A stretch of DNA of 60,675 nt from Candidatus Uhrbacteria bacterium CG10_big_fil_rev_8_21_14_0_10_48_16 (GCA_002793515.1 PFEU01000008.1:73952-134626); one strand, 5' to 3'; positions 17,417-28,375 are shown, counted from the stretch's first letter. The notes: a model not told the origin generated them from the sequence alone. Translations and numbers: made by a program.

Positions 17417-18549
17417 GAATCTTGGTTGATATTCGGCATCTTTCCTCATCACATCCCGCAGGCGTGGGGGGATATACGACATCTCTCCTCCAGGCACTTT
17501 TTCGTATTGATACAGAAAATGAATACGTCCTCCTCTCAACTGGAAGTCAGTCACCAACCCTTCCTCCTGGTCCATTTACCCATCTCCACATTCCGGTTCC
17601 CAACAAACTCCTGAATCTCCGTACCCTGCTTTTGCGTCATCCAACCATGAACTGGCGCGTGCGTGAACCGGTAGATCTCATTTTCCTGCCAAACCTCAAC
17701 ATCACCACCCTTCCAACCGACATTCCCACCGTTCTCACGGTTCATGATCTGAGTTGGACGTTGTATCCTCAGTTCTATTCCAAAAAAATGCAGTTGTGGC
17801 ACAAAGCGACCCGGGCTCAAGAGCTCATCGAACAAAGCCGTTCAATCATCACCCCATCACAATCCACAAAGCACGATCTTGAACGAATCTTTTCCACCAT
17901 TCCAAACAAAACACATGTAATTCCACATGGACTCACCCCAAACTTTGATGCAAAAATGCTTGCCTCTGACCATGGCGTTCGCTCTCGCCTCAAACTTCCA
18001 AAACGGTTTGTGTTGTTTGTGGGAACCATCGAACCACGGAAGAACATTCTGGCTCTGATCGAAGGAATGAAAGACTATCGAGAGCGCACGCATGACGACC
18101 TGCATCTTGTGATTGTTGGATCCTGGGGCTGGCGGTCGCATGGCGTGCGACGTCGACTGTGGAAGCGAGATGTAAGCGCTTGGATTCACCAAAAAGGGTA
18201 CGTGGACGTAAAAGACCTTCCTGCCCTCTATCGATCGGCTCAAGCAACCGTATTCCCCTCAATCTATGAAGGTTTTGGACTCCCCATTCTTGAGTCGATG
18301 GCATGCGGAACACCCGTCATCACCTCTCACACATCGTCGATGCCAGAGGTTGGAGGGAATGCCTCAATCTACATCGACCCCTACAACAGTCGAGACATCT
18401 CTGAGGCTTTACGAGGCCTTCTGAACTCCTCAAGTCTTCAAAAGCGCTTACGTGATTATGGAATTGATCGCGCAAAGACGTTTTCCTGGGAAAAAACAGC
18501 AAGAGAGACACTAAATGTCTTCAAGAACTCAGCAAACACTTCTTCGTAA
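17413..18549 (+). CDS. Glycosyltransferase family 4 (mannosyltransferase-like)
   Basis: FVGTIEPRKN, FPSIYEGFGLPILESMACGTPV. Confidence 0.92.
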   Translation: MRILVDIRHLSSSHPAGVGGYTTSLLQALFRIDTENEYVLLSTGSQSPTLPPGPFTHLHIPVPNKLLNLRTLLLRHPTMNWRVREPVDLIFLPNLNITTLPTDIPTVLTVHDLSWTLYPQFYSKKMQLWHKATRAQELIEQSRSIITPSQSTKHDLERIFSTIPNKTHVIPHGLTPNFDAKMLASDHGVRSRLKLPKRFVLFVGTIEPRKNILALIEGMKDYRERTHDDLHLVIVGSWGWRSHGVRRRLWKRDVSAWIHQKGYVDVKDLPALYRSAQATVFPSIYEGFGLPILESMACGTPVITSHTSSMPEVGGNASIYIDPYNSRDISEALRGLLNSSSLQKRLRDYGIDRAKTFSWEKTARETLNVFKNSANTSS

Positions 18550-18613
18550 AATGACAGAGACTTCGTGTGGATATCCTGGGAACAAAACCAGGATTTTTTG
18601 CTATAATTAGGGC

Positions 18614-19726
18614 ATGAGAATCGGTATCGACACCAGAATGTTGGGTCCAACAGTGGGGGGTGGCGGTCTTGGAAGGTATGTTGAAGAGCTTTCTCATGAA
18701 CTCTTACAACTCGACCACAAGAACCGCTATGTTTTGTTCCTGAAAAAAGAGAACTTTGAGTCGATTCAGGGGGATTGTGAGAAGCGTCTTGCGGACGTGC
18801 ACTGGTACACCGCAAAAGAGCAACTAGTTCTCCCGAAACTGATTGACCAAGAGGGTCTAGACCTCATTCACTTCCCTCACTGGAATGTTCCTCTCCGATT
18901 GCGAACACCATTTGTCGTCACAATCCATGACCTCATTCTTCTCGAAGAGCCACGATCAGCAAAAGCAACGACCCGACACCCGCTTATCTACGCCCTAAAA
19001 TACCAGGCCTACCGATTCGTCCTTCGATCAGCCCTGAAACGATCACGTGCCATCATCGCCGTCTCTGAATACACCAAGTCTGCCATTTTGAACCATTTCC
19101 CCTGGGTCCCATCAGAAAAAATTCATGTCGTCTACGAAGGAATCACAAACCTATCCTCGCTCCAACCCTCAAACACATCTCCGAAAAACGCTCCCTACTT
19201 TCTCTATGTGGGAAACGCCTATCCGCATAAGAATCTCGAAAGTCTCCTGCACGCCTTCTCGTTCTTTCATAAGATTCATCCAGAGGTTCAACTCATTCTC
19301 GCGGGGCGCGACGACCTTTTCTATCAGCGTCTCAAAAAAGAACTTTCCGAGATCGATGTTCACCCAGAGGCTGTTACATTCGTCTTGAACCCAACGGATC
19401 AAGAGCTCGCTGACCTTTACCGAAATGCGACCCTCTACCTCTTCCCTTCTCGCTCAGAAGGCTTTGGCCTTCCTCCTCTTGAAGCGATGAGCTTCGGCGT
19501 TCCCGTCGCGGCTGCACGAAGAACATCTCTTCCTGAAATCCTAGGTGAGGCCGCTCTCTACTTCGATCCAGACGACATTGAAGACATGGTTGCAACCATG
19601 GAACAGGCCCTGACAGACAAACCTCTTCGTGAACACCTGACCCAAAAAGGACACGAACAGATCAAACGCTACTCATGGAAAACCATGGCTGATAAAATAC
19701 TCGAGATCTACGCATCCTGTGCCTAA
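18614..19726 (+). CDS. Glycosyltransferase family 4 (mannosyltransferase-like)
   Basis: YVGNAYPHKNL, FPSRSEGFGLPPLEAMSFGVPV. Confidence 0.92.
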   Translation: MRIGIDTRMLGPTVGGGGLGRYVEELSHELLQLDHKNRYVLFLKKENFESIQGDCEKRLADVHWYTAKEQLVLPKLIDQEGLDLIHFPHWNVPLRLRTPFVVTIHDLILLEEPRSAKATTRHPLIYALKYQAYRFVLRSALKRSRAIIAVSEYTKSAILNHFPWVPSEKIHVVYEGITNLSSLQPSNTSPKNAPYFLYVGNAYPHKNLESLLHAFSFFHKIHPEVQLILAGRDDLFYQRLKKELSEIDVHPEAVTFVLNPTDQELADLYRNATLYLFPSRSEGFGLPPLEAMSFGVPVAAARRTSLPEILGEAALYFDPDDIEDMVATMEQALTDKPLREHLTQKGHEQIKRYSWKTMADKILEIYASCA

Positions 19727-22457
19727 AAAAATCGCCAAAACGAAAACAAAAAAAACCCGCTCACCGAGCCGGGCTCGTTCAACGGTTTCAGAGGTCGTTA
19801 CAAGTAAAACAGAAGACACACAACTCAAACGAGCGCTTTCCCGCCGTCGGGCTCGCCGGACATCAACGGAACTTATTGATCATGCCGTTCCAGAAACCTT
19901 CCTCTTCCAAGGAATCCTTGGAAAGTACACCACAACCAGTAAACCATTTATCGAGTACGGAGATCACGAACTTTCTCCATTCATCCTTTCTTTGAAGCAT
20001 GGGGTTCCCTCCCCAGAGGAAGTCCTTAATGAGCGCTCTCTCCCATCGCTATCCGTAAATTTTCTTCTCCATCACCAAACCGAAGAAGCCCACAGAGCCC
20101 TTTCTCCGAACCTGACAAATGACCTCATCCTCAGTCCCCAAGAACTTGCCTCTCAAATGACCGAAGGAATGCTTCCTCATAGTCACAAGCATGCGATCAT
20201 TCTTCCGTTCACCTCACACCGAGAAACCCCGCCTTTAGAAACCATTGCCGTTCCTCAGATACATCACGCACTCAAGTACGAAACAACGGCATTTGAATCA
20301 TTTGCCTCAGAAGCATTTACTCCCCATGCCGTTCCTGAGGATATTTTTGCCTACTTCGACTTTCCAGAAACAGAGCACGCAGAAGAAGCAGAGATCGTAA
20401 GCCTCGAAGACCTCGAAGGCGAACCGGAAGAAGAACTTCCATACACCGCTCCAAAACCTTCCTTCACCTGGAAACTTCCAGCCCTAGACTTTGGGTGGCA
20501 ACGAGCCATTGCGTCATTCGTCGCTCTCTCATTTGTGTTTGTGCTTCCCTTGCACGCCATGAACGTCGTCCAAGATCTCCGTGGAGCAAAAGGAGAACTG
20601 GAACGCTCTGGAGAAGAAGCCGTTTCATTCTTGTCTGCAGGGGCCCAAGCCGCACTCGCTCGCGATGTTGGGCAAGCTGGTACAGATTTCCGCAACGCAA
20701 GTGATCGATTTCAAAATGCCAAAAACACTCTCGACCAACTTGGAGCCGGAGCGGACCTCTTACTCAGCGTCCTCCCTACCACGCAGGACACCTACAGCTC
20801 AGGACAGGCTCTCGTGGAAGCAGGACGGGCACTTTCCATTGCAGGAAGTCGACTAAGCGCAGGGTACACCGCCATTGAATCTGAAATCTCTCCAACACCC
20901 ATATCGCGACTCAATATTCTAGAGGCCTATCTCACCTCTGCCGTTCCTCACCTGCAAACAGCATCGGAAGCTCTTTCAAAGGTGCATATGGAAAGCGTTC
21001 CAGAAGACTATCGTGGAACTCTTCTTGCCACACAAACGAGTCTCCCCGCCCTCATCGAAACGATTGAAGAATTTCAAACATTTTACGCGCTCGCAAAAGA
21101 ACTCTTAGGAGCAAATGGCACAAAGCGCTACCTCATCATCTTCCAGAACAACACAGAAATCCGACCAACGGGTGGATTTATCGGAAGTTTCGCAGAAGTA
21201 AAAGTCCACAATGGAATCATTGAAAACTTAAACGTCCCAGGAGGGGGTTCGTACGATCTTCAAGGAAGTCTGAAGGAAAATTTGATCGCACCTGGTCCTC
21301 TCCAAATTCTCTCTGCCCGATGGGAATTCCAAGACGGAAACTGGTTCCCTGACTTCCCAACCTCTGCGCGTCAGCTCATGCAGTTCTATCAAGATGCTGG
21401 AGGCGGAGATGTAGATGGAGTCTTAGCCGTGAACGCCACCTTTGTTTCAGACCTCATCGGACTCCTGGGTCCCATCGAAATGGAAGAATACGGCCGAACG
21501 ATCAATGCAGAGAATTTCCTCTTTGAGGCCCAAAGAATTGTCGAGTATGAGTACGACAAGGAGGAGAATACCCCAAAGGCATTCATCGGAGACCTTGCTC
21601 CAAAACTCGTTGAGCGAACCATCGAAAAAACCTCAAGCGACTTCCTCGCAGTCGTTGACTACTTGAACAACGGACTCTCTCAAAAGGACCTCCAACTGTA
21701 TCTTGATGATGAGACGCTTCAACGTGAAGTGATTGCGCAGGGATGGGGAGGAGAAATGAAACAAACCGATGGAGACTATCTCATGGTCGTTGATACAAAC
21801 CTTGGTGGAGGGAAAACGGATGGCGTCATTCAAGAGAACGTTGATCTCCAAGTTGATATCGATGAAGATGGAACCATCACAAATACGCTCACAATTTCGC
21901 GAACACACTTTGGGATCCAAGGGCTCCTTTTCACGGGCGTAAATAATGTAGATTATCTTCGTGTCTACGTCCCGAAAGGAAGCACCCTTTTGGAAGCGAG
22001 TGGATTTAGCATGCCGGACCGATCGCTCTTTAACATCCCTGACGAGGAATGGGCCATTGATGATGACCTTGCCTATGGACTTCTCACACAAGAAATCGAT
22101 CCGTTAAGTGGAACGGTTATTGGGGAAGAACTTGGAAAGGCGGTGTTTGGAAACTGGATCCAAACCAAACCCGGCACAACATCCATCGCGACATTCCGAT
22201 ACACGCTTCCATTCAAAATGGAAACACTTCAAGAGCCTTCTGGTCTTCTCTCAAGTCTCAAAGCGTTTGCCGGATTCCCAAACACCGCTGAGTATACCCT
22301 CACGCTTCAAAAACAATCTGGGGTTCTTGATCGAACAACCCGTGTACGCGTTGATACTCCAAACCGACTCAATACGCTTTGGTCGTCGCATGATGGCGAA
22401 ATCGAATTTACAAACCGTACAGATGATCTGTTTGCTATTCTCTTTGAATCTCTATGA
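19719..22457 (+). CDS. DUF4012-type membrane-anchored protein with long N-terminal low-complexity region
   Basis: RYLIIFQNNTEIRPTGGFIGS, DGNWFPDFPTSA, VDGVLAVN, YLMVVDTNLGGGKTD, DYLRVYVPKGS. Confidence 0.85.
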   Translation: MPKKIAKTKTKKTRSPSRARSTVSEVVTSKTEDTQLKRALSRRRARRTSTELIDHAVPETFLFQGILGKYTTTSKPFIEYGDHELSPFILSLKHGVPSPEEVLNERSLPSLSVNFLLHHQTEEAHRALSPNLTNDLILSPQELASQMTEGMLPHSHKHAIILPFTSHRETPPLETIAVPQIHHALKYETTAFESFASEAFTPHAVPEDIFAYFDFPETEHAEEAEIVSLEDLEGEPEEELPYTAPKPSFTWKLPALDFGWQRAIASFVALSFVFVLPLHAMNVVQDLRGAKGELERSGEEAVSFLSAGAQAALARDVGQAGTDFRNASDRFQNAKNTLDQLGAGADLLLSVLPTTQDTYSSGQALVEAGRALSIAGSRLSAGYTAIESEISPTPISRLNILEAYLTSAVPHLQTASEALSKVHMESVPEDYRGTLLATQTSLPALIETIEEFQTFYALAKELLGANGTKRYLIIFQNNTEIRPTGGFIGSFAEVKVHNGIIENLNVPGGGSYDLQGSLKENLIAPGPLQILSARWEFQDGNWFPDFPTSARQLMQFYQDAGGGDVDGVLAVNATFVSDLIGLLGPIEMEEYGRTINAENFLFEAQRIVEYEYDKEENTPKAFIGDLAPKLVERTIEKTSSDFLAVVDYLNNGLSQKDLQLYLDDETLQREVIAQGWGGEMKQTDGDYLMVVDTNLGGGKTDGVIQENVDLQVDIDEDGTITNTLTISRTHFGIQGLLFTGVNNVDYLRVYVPKGSTLLEASGFSMPDRSLFNIPDEEWAIDDDLAYGLLTQEIDPLSGTVIGEELGKAVFGNWIQTKPGTTSIATFRYTLPFKMETLQEPSGLLSSLKAFAGFPNTAEYTLTLQKQSGVLDRTTRVRVDTPNRLNTLWSSHDGEIEFTNRTDDLFAILFESL

Positions 22458-24280
22458 GCTCTTCCCGTAAACCACAGAAACGACGCTCCTCCCGAGAAAT
22501 TCGAAAACAACTTCGATCTATTTACGAAGGAATCGACGGAAAGGTCCCTGACCTCACCAAACTAGATCGAAGAGATCGTTCAAAGCTCACACGAGTTCTT
22601 TTAACAGTCGTTGGTCTCTTAGCGGTTCTTTCTGCAGTTGCCTGGGTTGGCTTCTTTCTCTTCACCCAAGGATTATTCCAAGGGAATGAAACCATGAACA
22701 TTGAGATCGAAGGACCAGAGGAAGCAAAATCTGGAGAAGAGGTTTCTTACACCTTGCGATATGAAAATGTCGGGGATGTCCCTGTCGCATCTCTCGTCGC
22801 CAAACTCAATATCCCTTCTACCTTCCATGTCTATTCAACGGTTCCTGAACCTGACGAAAGTCTCGAATGGACGATTGGAAGTTTAAGTGCCGGTTCAGAC
22901 GGAGCGATTACGATCACGGGGGTCTTCTTAGCGGATGTACCCTCTTCACAAAGACTCCAGACATTATTTACGTATAAGCCAGCGAACTTCAGTTCTGACT
23001 TTCAAGAGATCGTCACCCAAACCGTCGAGATCGAAGACTCTGTTGTTGCGCTCTCATTCGTAGGCCCCGAAAAAGCCCTTGCCGGAGATACCTCTGAATA
23101 TGTCATCAACATTCAGAACTCTGGTACCGACCCCGTCTACAACGTGCGTGTGACCTCCTCCTTTCCTGAAGACTTCACCCTCGCCAATGCAGAACCTGCC
23201 CTGGAGGAAGGAGAAACCTATTGGTTCGTTGATTCCCTTGAGCCAGGTGAGCTCAAAGCGATTTCCATAAACGGATCCTTCACCTCCACAGCCTCAGGAG
23301 AACAAAATCTTTCAGTCGCCGTCAGCTTTGTTGAAAATGACGAGGTCTACACGCAACGCACGGAAGAACTCATGACAGATGTCTTAGGGGGATCTCTTTC
23401 CTTCTCGGTCATTGTGAATGGCTCCAATCAGAGCCAAACCGCCAACCTTGGTGAGACACTCCGTCTAAGTCTGGACTACGCCAACAATAGTAAGGAGACC
23501 GCACAGGACATGAGCTTCACCCTCTCCCTCTTCAGCGATCGTGGAACTATTCCGGTCGACTGGAGTCGAGCAAATGTAGGAGGAGGAACTCGAGTCGGGA
23601 ATGAGATCAGTTGGGAAAATCTGAAAGCCCTCGATCCAGAAAGTTCTGCGGTCATTGATCTCAGCCTTCCGTTGTACAGCTCGCTGGATGAAGGCGAGGC
23701 TGATCAATTTGCCATCGAGACCGTTCTGACGCTCAATAAAGTTGGGACCGTCACCTCGACCCGCACACTAGAGGTCACCCCCATCGTCATCACCCTGAAC
23801 TCCGACACATCCGTGAGCGCTCAGGCAAGATACTATGCGGAAAACGGCTCCTCGATCGGATCAGGACCAATCCCTCCACAGGTTGGTGAAACAACGACGT
23901 ACCGCACATATTGGAACCTTTCAAACTCCCTCCACACCCTCGAAAACGTCAAAATGTCCGCCACGCTTCCGCAAGATGTCACATGGCTTGAAAACACCGA
24001 TACGGACATTGGTACCATAAGCTACAACCCGACCACGCGACAGATCACTTGGTCTGTGCCCAAGCTTCTTGCAGAACTTAATCATGCGGGCGCCTGGTTC
24101 GAAATCGCGATCAATCCTGATTCTGGTGATGTCGGACACTTCGTAAAACTCACCAGCGCAACCAGCTTTGAAGGGCGCGACGCATCTACGGGTGACAACC
24201 TCAACCAATCGCTCACGGAACTCACCACGGAACTCCCAGAGGACGAATACGCGACCGGACAAGGAGTTGTTATCGAATGA
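22454..24280 (+). CDS. Hypothetical single-TM protein with tandem Ig-like (DUF11-like) beta domains
   Basis: TM helix then repeated beta segments such as VSYTLRYEN.G, EYVINIQNSG, TYRTYWNLSN. Confidence 0.7.
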   Translation: MSSSRKPQKRRSSREIRKQLRSIYEGIDGKVPDLTKLDRRDRSKLTRVLLTVVGLLAVLSAVAWVGFFLFTQGLFQGNETMNIEIEGPEEAKSGEEVSYTLRYENVGDVPVASLVAKLNIPSTFHVYSTVPEPDESLEWTIGSLSAGSDGAITITGVFLADVPSSQRLQTLFTYKPANFSSDFQEIVTQTVEIEDSVVALSFVGPEKALAGDTSEYVINIQNSGTDPVYNVRVTSSFPEDFTLANAEPALEEGETYWFVDSLEPGELKAISINGSFTSTASGEQNLSVAVSFVENDEVYTQRTEELMTDVLGGSLSFSVIVNGSNQSQTANLGETLRLSLDYANNSKETAQDMSFTLSLFSDRGTIPVDWSRANVGGGTRVGNEISWENLKALDPESSAVIDLSLPLYSSLDEGEADQFAIETVLTLNKVGTVTSTRTLEVTPIVITLNSDTSVSAQARYYAENGSSIGSGPIPPQVGETTTYRTYWNLSNSLHTLENVKMSATLPQDVTWLENTDTDIGTISYNPTTRQITWSVPKLLAELNHAGAWFEIAINPDSGDVGHFVKLTSATSFEGRDASTGDNLNQSLTELTTELPEDEYATGQGVVIE

Positions 24281-24281
24281 T

Positions 24282-24318
24282 AAAAAGAAACGAGACCTTT
24301 ATCAGGTCTCGTTTTTTT
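24282..24318. terminator. Bidirectional terminator
   Basis: AAACGAGACCT/AGGTCTCGTTT flanked by A and T tracts, between convergent genes. Confidence 0.75.
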
Positions 24319-24330
24319 GTTTCCACACGC

Positions 24331-24999
24331 TTACCACGGCAAAAGTTCTCCCATGTGCCAGAATCCTCCGGTCTCGGGGGGATCAATGGCCGTTTGATAA
24401 ATTCCATCCGCTGCCTGTTCTGGAGTCAGTGTTGCCTCCTCCCCTCCCATGTCCGTCTGCACCCATCCGGGATGCACGGAAGATACGGTCACTCCCTGCT
24501 CCTTTAACTCAAGCGCAAGCGTGCGCGTATACATATTCAAGGCGGCTTTCGAAATTTTATACGCAGGGTAATGCCCCATAAAATGCGAGACTTTTCCAAC
24601 CAGCCCAAGAGACCCTGCCGTTGAAGAGATGTTCACGATATGCGCCCCTTCATGCAAGAGAGGCAAGATACGTTGTGTGAAATCAATCGTCCCTATGAGA
24701 TTGACTTCAAGTGTCTTACGAAGTTTTTCAGCGACCACAGAAGTTTCTTCTTCATCCGCAAGAATCCCAGCATTGTTAATCACGATATCGATCTTTTTTC
24801 CAAACGCAGAAATCTCCTGAATACAAGACACGATCGATTCTGGTCGCGAAAGATCTAGTGCCACACCATGCATTCTCTCATGTGTGTGCGGACAGGCTCC
24901 ATAACAAGTGGCAATCACCTCGTGGCCTTCTGCAAGAAACTTCTGACAAAGGGCATATCCAATCCCCTTATCGGTACCGGTAATAACGATGGTTTTCAT
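24331..24999 (-). CDS. SDR-family NAD(P)-dependent oxidoreductase (C-factor-like)
   Basis: ITGTDKGIG, INNAG, NISS, YKISK, HPGWVQTDMGG. Confidence 0.92.
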   Translation of the reverse strand: MKTIVITGTDKGIGYALCQKFLAEGHEVIATCYGACPHTHERMHGVALDLSRPESIVSCIQEISAFGKKIDIVINNAGILADEEETSVVAEKLRKTLEVNLIGTIDFTQRILPLLHEGAHIVNISSTAGSLGLVGKVSHFMGHYPAYKISKAALNMYTRTLALELKEQGVTVSSVHPGWVQTDMGGEEATLTPEQAADGIYQTAIDPPETGGFWHMGELLPW

Positions 25000-25925
25000 A
25001 AACTTCTTCTTACGCGACGAGCAAGTTGATAGACATAATAAGATACACGCTTAAGAACTTTATCATGTGTGCCTAAGGTTCCAACCTCCTCTCCTCCAAA
25101 CCCCCGTTTAAATCGCGAAATCCCTGCCCAAGGATGATCAGGCGGAGCTCCTTGCGGAGCCACACCCCACCAATCATAGTGAGACAGACCTTTTTCTTTC
25201 GCTTGACGCATCAACTCCCAATGTAAGAGATAGGGTCCCATCAAATTTCGATCTTCATTTGAGGATGCCCCATGGAGATACGTACGTGTGTCACCGAAAT
25301 CGATCATGATAGTAGCGGCAATGACTTTTCCGCCGTGGGAAGCCGTTGCAAGAAACGCTTGGCACGCTCCTTCTTGGAAAAATGCAATCATTTTTTGGTA
25401 ATAGGGTTTTGCATGCAATCGAAACTGCCCCCGTGAAGACGTTTGTTCAAAGAGCCTCCACACCTGATCGAAATCTCGTGCGCATAGATCAATCTCCACG
25501 CCATGCTTTTTTGCAACCCGAATATTGTATCGCGTCTTTTGATGCATGTTGGCAAGAAGCACATCTTCCTCTGCAGAGAGGTGTGAAATGAACGTATGAG
25601 CAGGATTCACATCGATAGACTTCTGCGTCTGTTGAATCAATATCTTATCCTCCGGCTCAATGCGCAAAAACACCTGTTGCCCATGTCCTTCTAGGCTATT
25701 TTTCCCAATAGGCCCTTTCGGACAAAAGGCGTACGTTCCAAACATCGGAAGTTTTCGATCCAGCCACTGGGCTACGCCAACGACTTCACCAGCCTCGTTG
25801 ATCTCTTCACGTCGCACCGACTCTCCAACAGCTTTTTGAAACTCTCCCCACTCCCACGATTGCAAAAAACGACCAGATGCTGGTCCATGTTGCAAAACAA
25901 ATTGATTCCAAGAAGTCTGATGCAT
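24996..25925 (-). CDS. FemAB/FemX-family peptidoglycan bridge aminoacyltransferase
   Basis: FLQSWEWGEFQK, HQKTRYNIRVAKK, YLHGASS, YDWWG, GISRFKRGFGG. Confidence 0.9.
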   Translation of the reverse strand: MHQTSWNQFVLQHGPASGRFLQSWEWGEFQKAVGESVRREEINEAGEVVGVAQWLDRKLPMFGTYAFCPKGPIGKNSLEGHGQQVFLRIEPEDKILIQQTQKSIDVNPAHTFISHLSAEEDVLLANMHQKTRYNIRVAKKHGVEIDLCARDFDQVWRLFEQTSSRGQFRLHAKPYYQKMIAFFQEGACQAFLATASHGGKVIAATIMIDFGDTRTYLHGASSNEDRNLMGPYLLHWELMRQAKEKGLSHYDWWGVAPQGAPPDHPWAGISRFKRGFGGEEVGTLGTHDKVLKRVSYYVYQLARRVRRSL

Positions 25926-25927
25926 AC

Positions 25928-26473
25928 CTAACGACTAAGTCGTTTTAATGCGGCACGAATTCGATCATCCGTTCCTTCCGCTTCAAGCCCAGACAGCGCC
26001 ATCTCTGCATCACGGCGTGAATACCCAAGTCCAACAAGCGCTTCAATCGCATCTAGATCTAATGCAGAGATATCTGGCTCGTCCGCAAGCGCGCCTTTGA
26101 GTTCGAGAATGATTTTCTGAGCCGTCTTCTTTCCGATCCCTGGAACACTTGTGAGAAAGGTTAAATCCCCAACCATGATCTTCGCCTTCACCTGTTCAAT
26201 CGCCTCAGCATAGACAATTTTCTGCCCGCTCTTTGGACCTACCCCTGAAACGCCCACGAGTTTCCAAAATAACTCCAGCTGAGCGATGGACGTAAAACCA
26301 AATAACTCACGTCCATCATCTCGAATCGCCTCGTGAAGATACAATGTTCCTTGATCTGGAACCTCATAGACCATCTTCTCTGGAAGCGTAATTTTATAGC
26401 CTAATCCTTGATTTTCAACGATCACATATCCTGTTCCGCGATACACCATTGTTCCCTGAATAGAGATGAGCAT
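25928..26473 (-). CDS. ruvA: Holliday junction branch migration protein RuvA
   Basis: ENQGLGY, ELFGF, VSGVGPK, VPGIGKKTAQKIILELK, IEALVGLGY. Confidence 0.95.
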   Translation of the reverse strand: MLISIQGTMVYRGTGYVIVENQGLGYKITLPEKMVYEVPDQGTLYLHEAIRDDGRELFGFTSIAQLELFWKLVGVSGVGPKSGQKIVYAEAIEQVKAKIMVGDLTFLTSVPGIGKKTAQKIILELKGALADEPDISALDLDAIEALVGLGYSRRDAEMALSGLEAEGTDDRIRAALKRLSR

Positions 26474-26475
26474 AG

Positions 26476-27693
26476 CTATTCCCCTGTTTCAAACATCTTT
26501 TTATAAAACGCTTCCGCACGATTCTGAATCTCCACGGAAATCTCCTTTCCAAATTTCGGCATTTCCCCCTGACCTAACACAGCCGACTGAATCCGTCTAA
26601 GCATACGTCCAAACTCTGGACCTGGATCCATGCGCAGGACGTCCATCAATGAAACTCCATCAAGACCGACATCACGAAATATCCGATTCTGCCTCTTCTT
26701 CTCCTGAGCAAGACGCATGGCTTCTTTTTCTACACGCACGTGTGGAGCATAATCATGCTCACTTTGAAAAAAGTTTATGAGTGCGCTTGTCTCATGCCAG
26801 TAGCCATGAGGGCCCAACCGTTTTGACCCCACGACTTGATCGAGCAATAAACACGCTTGAGCTAAATCGACAAAATCGTCTGCATCATACCCTCTCTTTG
26901 AGGCTAGATGTACGTAGCGACGAATCCGTTTTGGGCGCACCTGAGTGAAATCTCTATTGATTTCCATGTGATGCGAAATGAGGTCCTCGAGCAGATCACG
27001 ATCACGCCCAGGGAGCCTATGAGCCATGCAATAACGACTCAATAAATCTTCAAAGACTGGCGCATGAATTTTTCGAGCATGTTGCGGATAATGAACCTGA
27101 ATTCCGTACACAAAATAAAACTGCGCTTGCGTCTCTTTCGGAGATCCTCGAAACTCTCTCACGGAAAATTGCTCATAGAGTGCCAAATACTCTCCGAGCT
27201 TGGCCAATCGTTCATGAGCCATTTCATCAAAATGATGCGATCGAGGCGTATGGAATCCTAATGCTTCACCTTTAGAGCCAGGCTCTGCGGAAAACGTAAT
27301 GGATGGCCATTTCGCCACGTCATGACACAAAATAAACACTTGAAAGAATGCGATGTTCTCTTTGATGAGATCCTCTAGCTCTTGAATTTCCCCTTCATAC
27401 CCTTTCAGGCGCCGAAATTCTTCGATATCAATAAGATGAATTTTCTCCTCGGCAAGAGCAAATAAAAACATCAGCATGATTCGCAGATGATCTCGTAAAA
27501 ACGGACCTTCTGCGTGATAACGAACATCCTGCGGAGTTCGCAAGCTCTGCGCAATAAGGGGTTCTTGTGCCGTAGCCGCTTGAAGAAGCGCCTCCGCATG
27601 GCGAGACAAATGCGCATCGACCTCAATCTGCTCGATTAACGGATCAAGAAAGATACTCTCTGCTTGTTGATGCGTAGACTCAAATCGCCACAT
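26476..27693 (-). CDS. Putative HD-domain phosphohydrolase with CCA/poly(A)-polymerase-like C-terminal tail
   Basis: YHAEG...DH, LCHDVAK, ISHHM; C-terminus GLDGVSLMDVLRMDPGPEFGRML. Confidence 0.6.
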   Translation of the reverse strand: MWRFESTHQQAESIFLDPLIEQIEVDAHLSRHAEALLQAATAQEPLIAQSLRTPQDVRYHAEGPFLRDHLRIMLMFLFALAEEKIHLIDIEEFRRLKGYEGEIQELEDLIKENIAFFQVFILCHDVAKWPSITFSAEPGSKGEALGFHTPRSHHFDEMAHERLAKLGEYLALYEQFSVREFRGSPKETQAQFYFVYGIQVHYPQHARKIHAPVFEDLLSRYCMAHRLPGRDRDLLEDLISHHMEINRDFTQVRPKRIRRYVHLASKRGYDADDFVDLAQACLLLDQVVGSKRLGPHGYWHETSALINFFQSEHDYAPHVRVEKEAMRLAQEKKRQNRIFRDVGLDGVSLMDVLRMDPGPEFGRMLRRIQSAVLGQGEMPKFGKEISVEIQNRAEAFYKKMFETGE

Positions 27694-27705
27694 AGTCGTT
27701 TCATT

Positions 27706-28305
27706 TTACGCTATCGAGCCATCAATCCCAAGGAATCTCTGGATAATCTCATCGGCCGTCTCCGTCACCGTTTTGATCGATTGAGAACCATCAATAATTC
27801 CGTGAGCATAGGCCTTGAATGGGACAACGGTTTTTCGTTGAGCGGGAAGAGCTACAAGACGATGATATTCAACATCATAATCTGGTTGACGTTCTAAACG
27901 ACGAACAAGAGCCGTCTCTTCATCAATATCAAGCCAGAGTCGCAGATCAAAAAGATTCCGGATTCCCGTGTCTGCAAACAATTGCATCCCTTCAACAAAC
28001 AACACTGGGGTTGGTTTAAACAAAAGTCGTCCTGTGCGATCACAAAGACGACGATTATAGACAGGGATAAATACATCATTCCCTTCACGCAACTCACAAA
28101 GCGCCTCATAGACCTCGTCCAGGTACAGACTCTCAGGAAGATCCCAGTGTGGGCGACCGTTGGTAAGCGTGGGGCAGTCTTTTGCCGTTTTATAATACGC
28201 ATCGAATCGAAAACGTTTCACGCCCCCTTGGGCCTCAAGATGCTCAGCAAGGGTTGATTTTCCCGCCCCAGAAATTCCAGCTAATCCAATAAGAAGTGGT
28301 CGCAT
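27706..28305 (-). CDS. Uridine kinase-like P-loop kinase
   Basis: LIGLAGISGAGKST, DAYYK, HWDLPES, FVEGMQLF, FDLRLWLD; ATG 28305. Confidence 0.8.
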   Translation of the reverse strand: MRPLLIGLAGISGAGKSTLAEHLEAQGGVKRFRFDAYYKTAKDCPTLTNGRPHWDLPESLYLDEVYEALCELREGNDVFIPVYNRRLCDRTGRLLFKPTPVLFVEGMQLFADTGIRNLFDLRLWLDIDEETALVRRLERQPDYDVEYHRLVALPAQRKTVVPFKAYAHGIIDGSQSIKTVTETADEIIQRFLGIDGSIA

Positions 28306-28375
28306 AACGTTGACTAGTTTAACGTGTGAAAGAACTTGGGGCAAGAAAAAACCGGATAGCCACATCTATCCGGTT

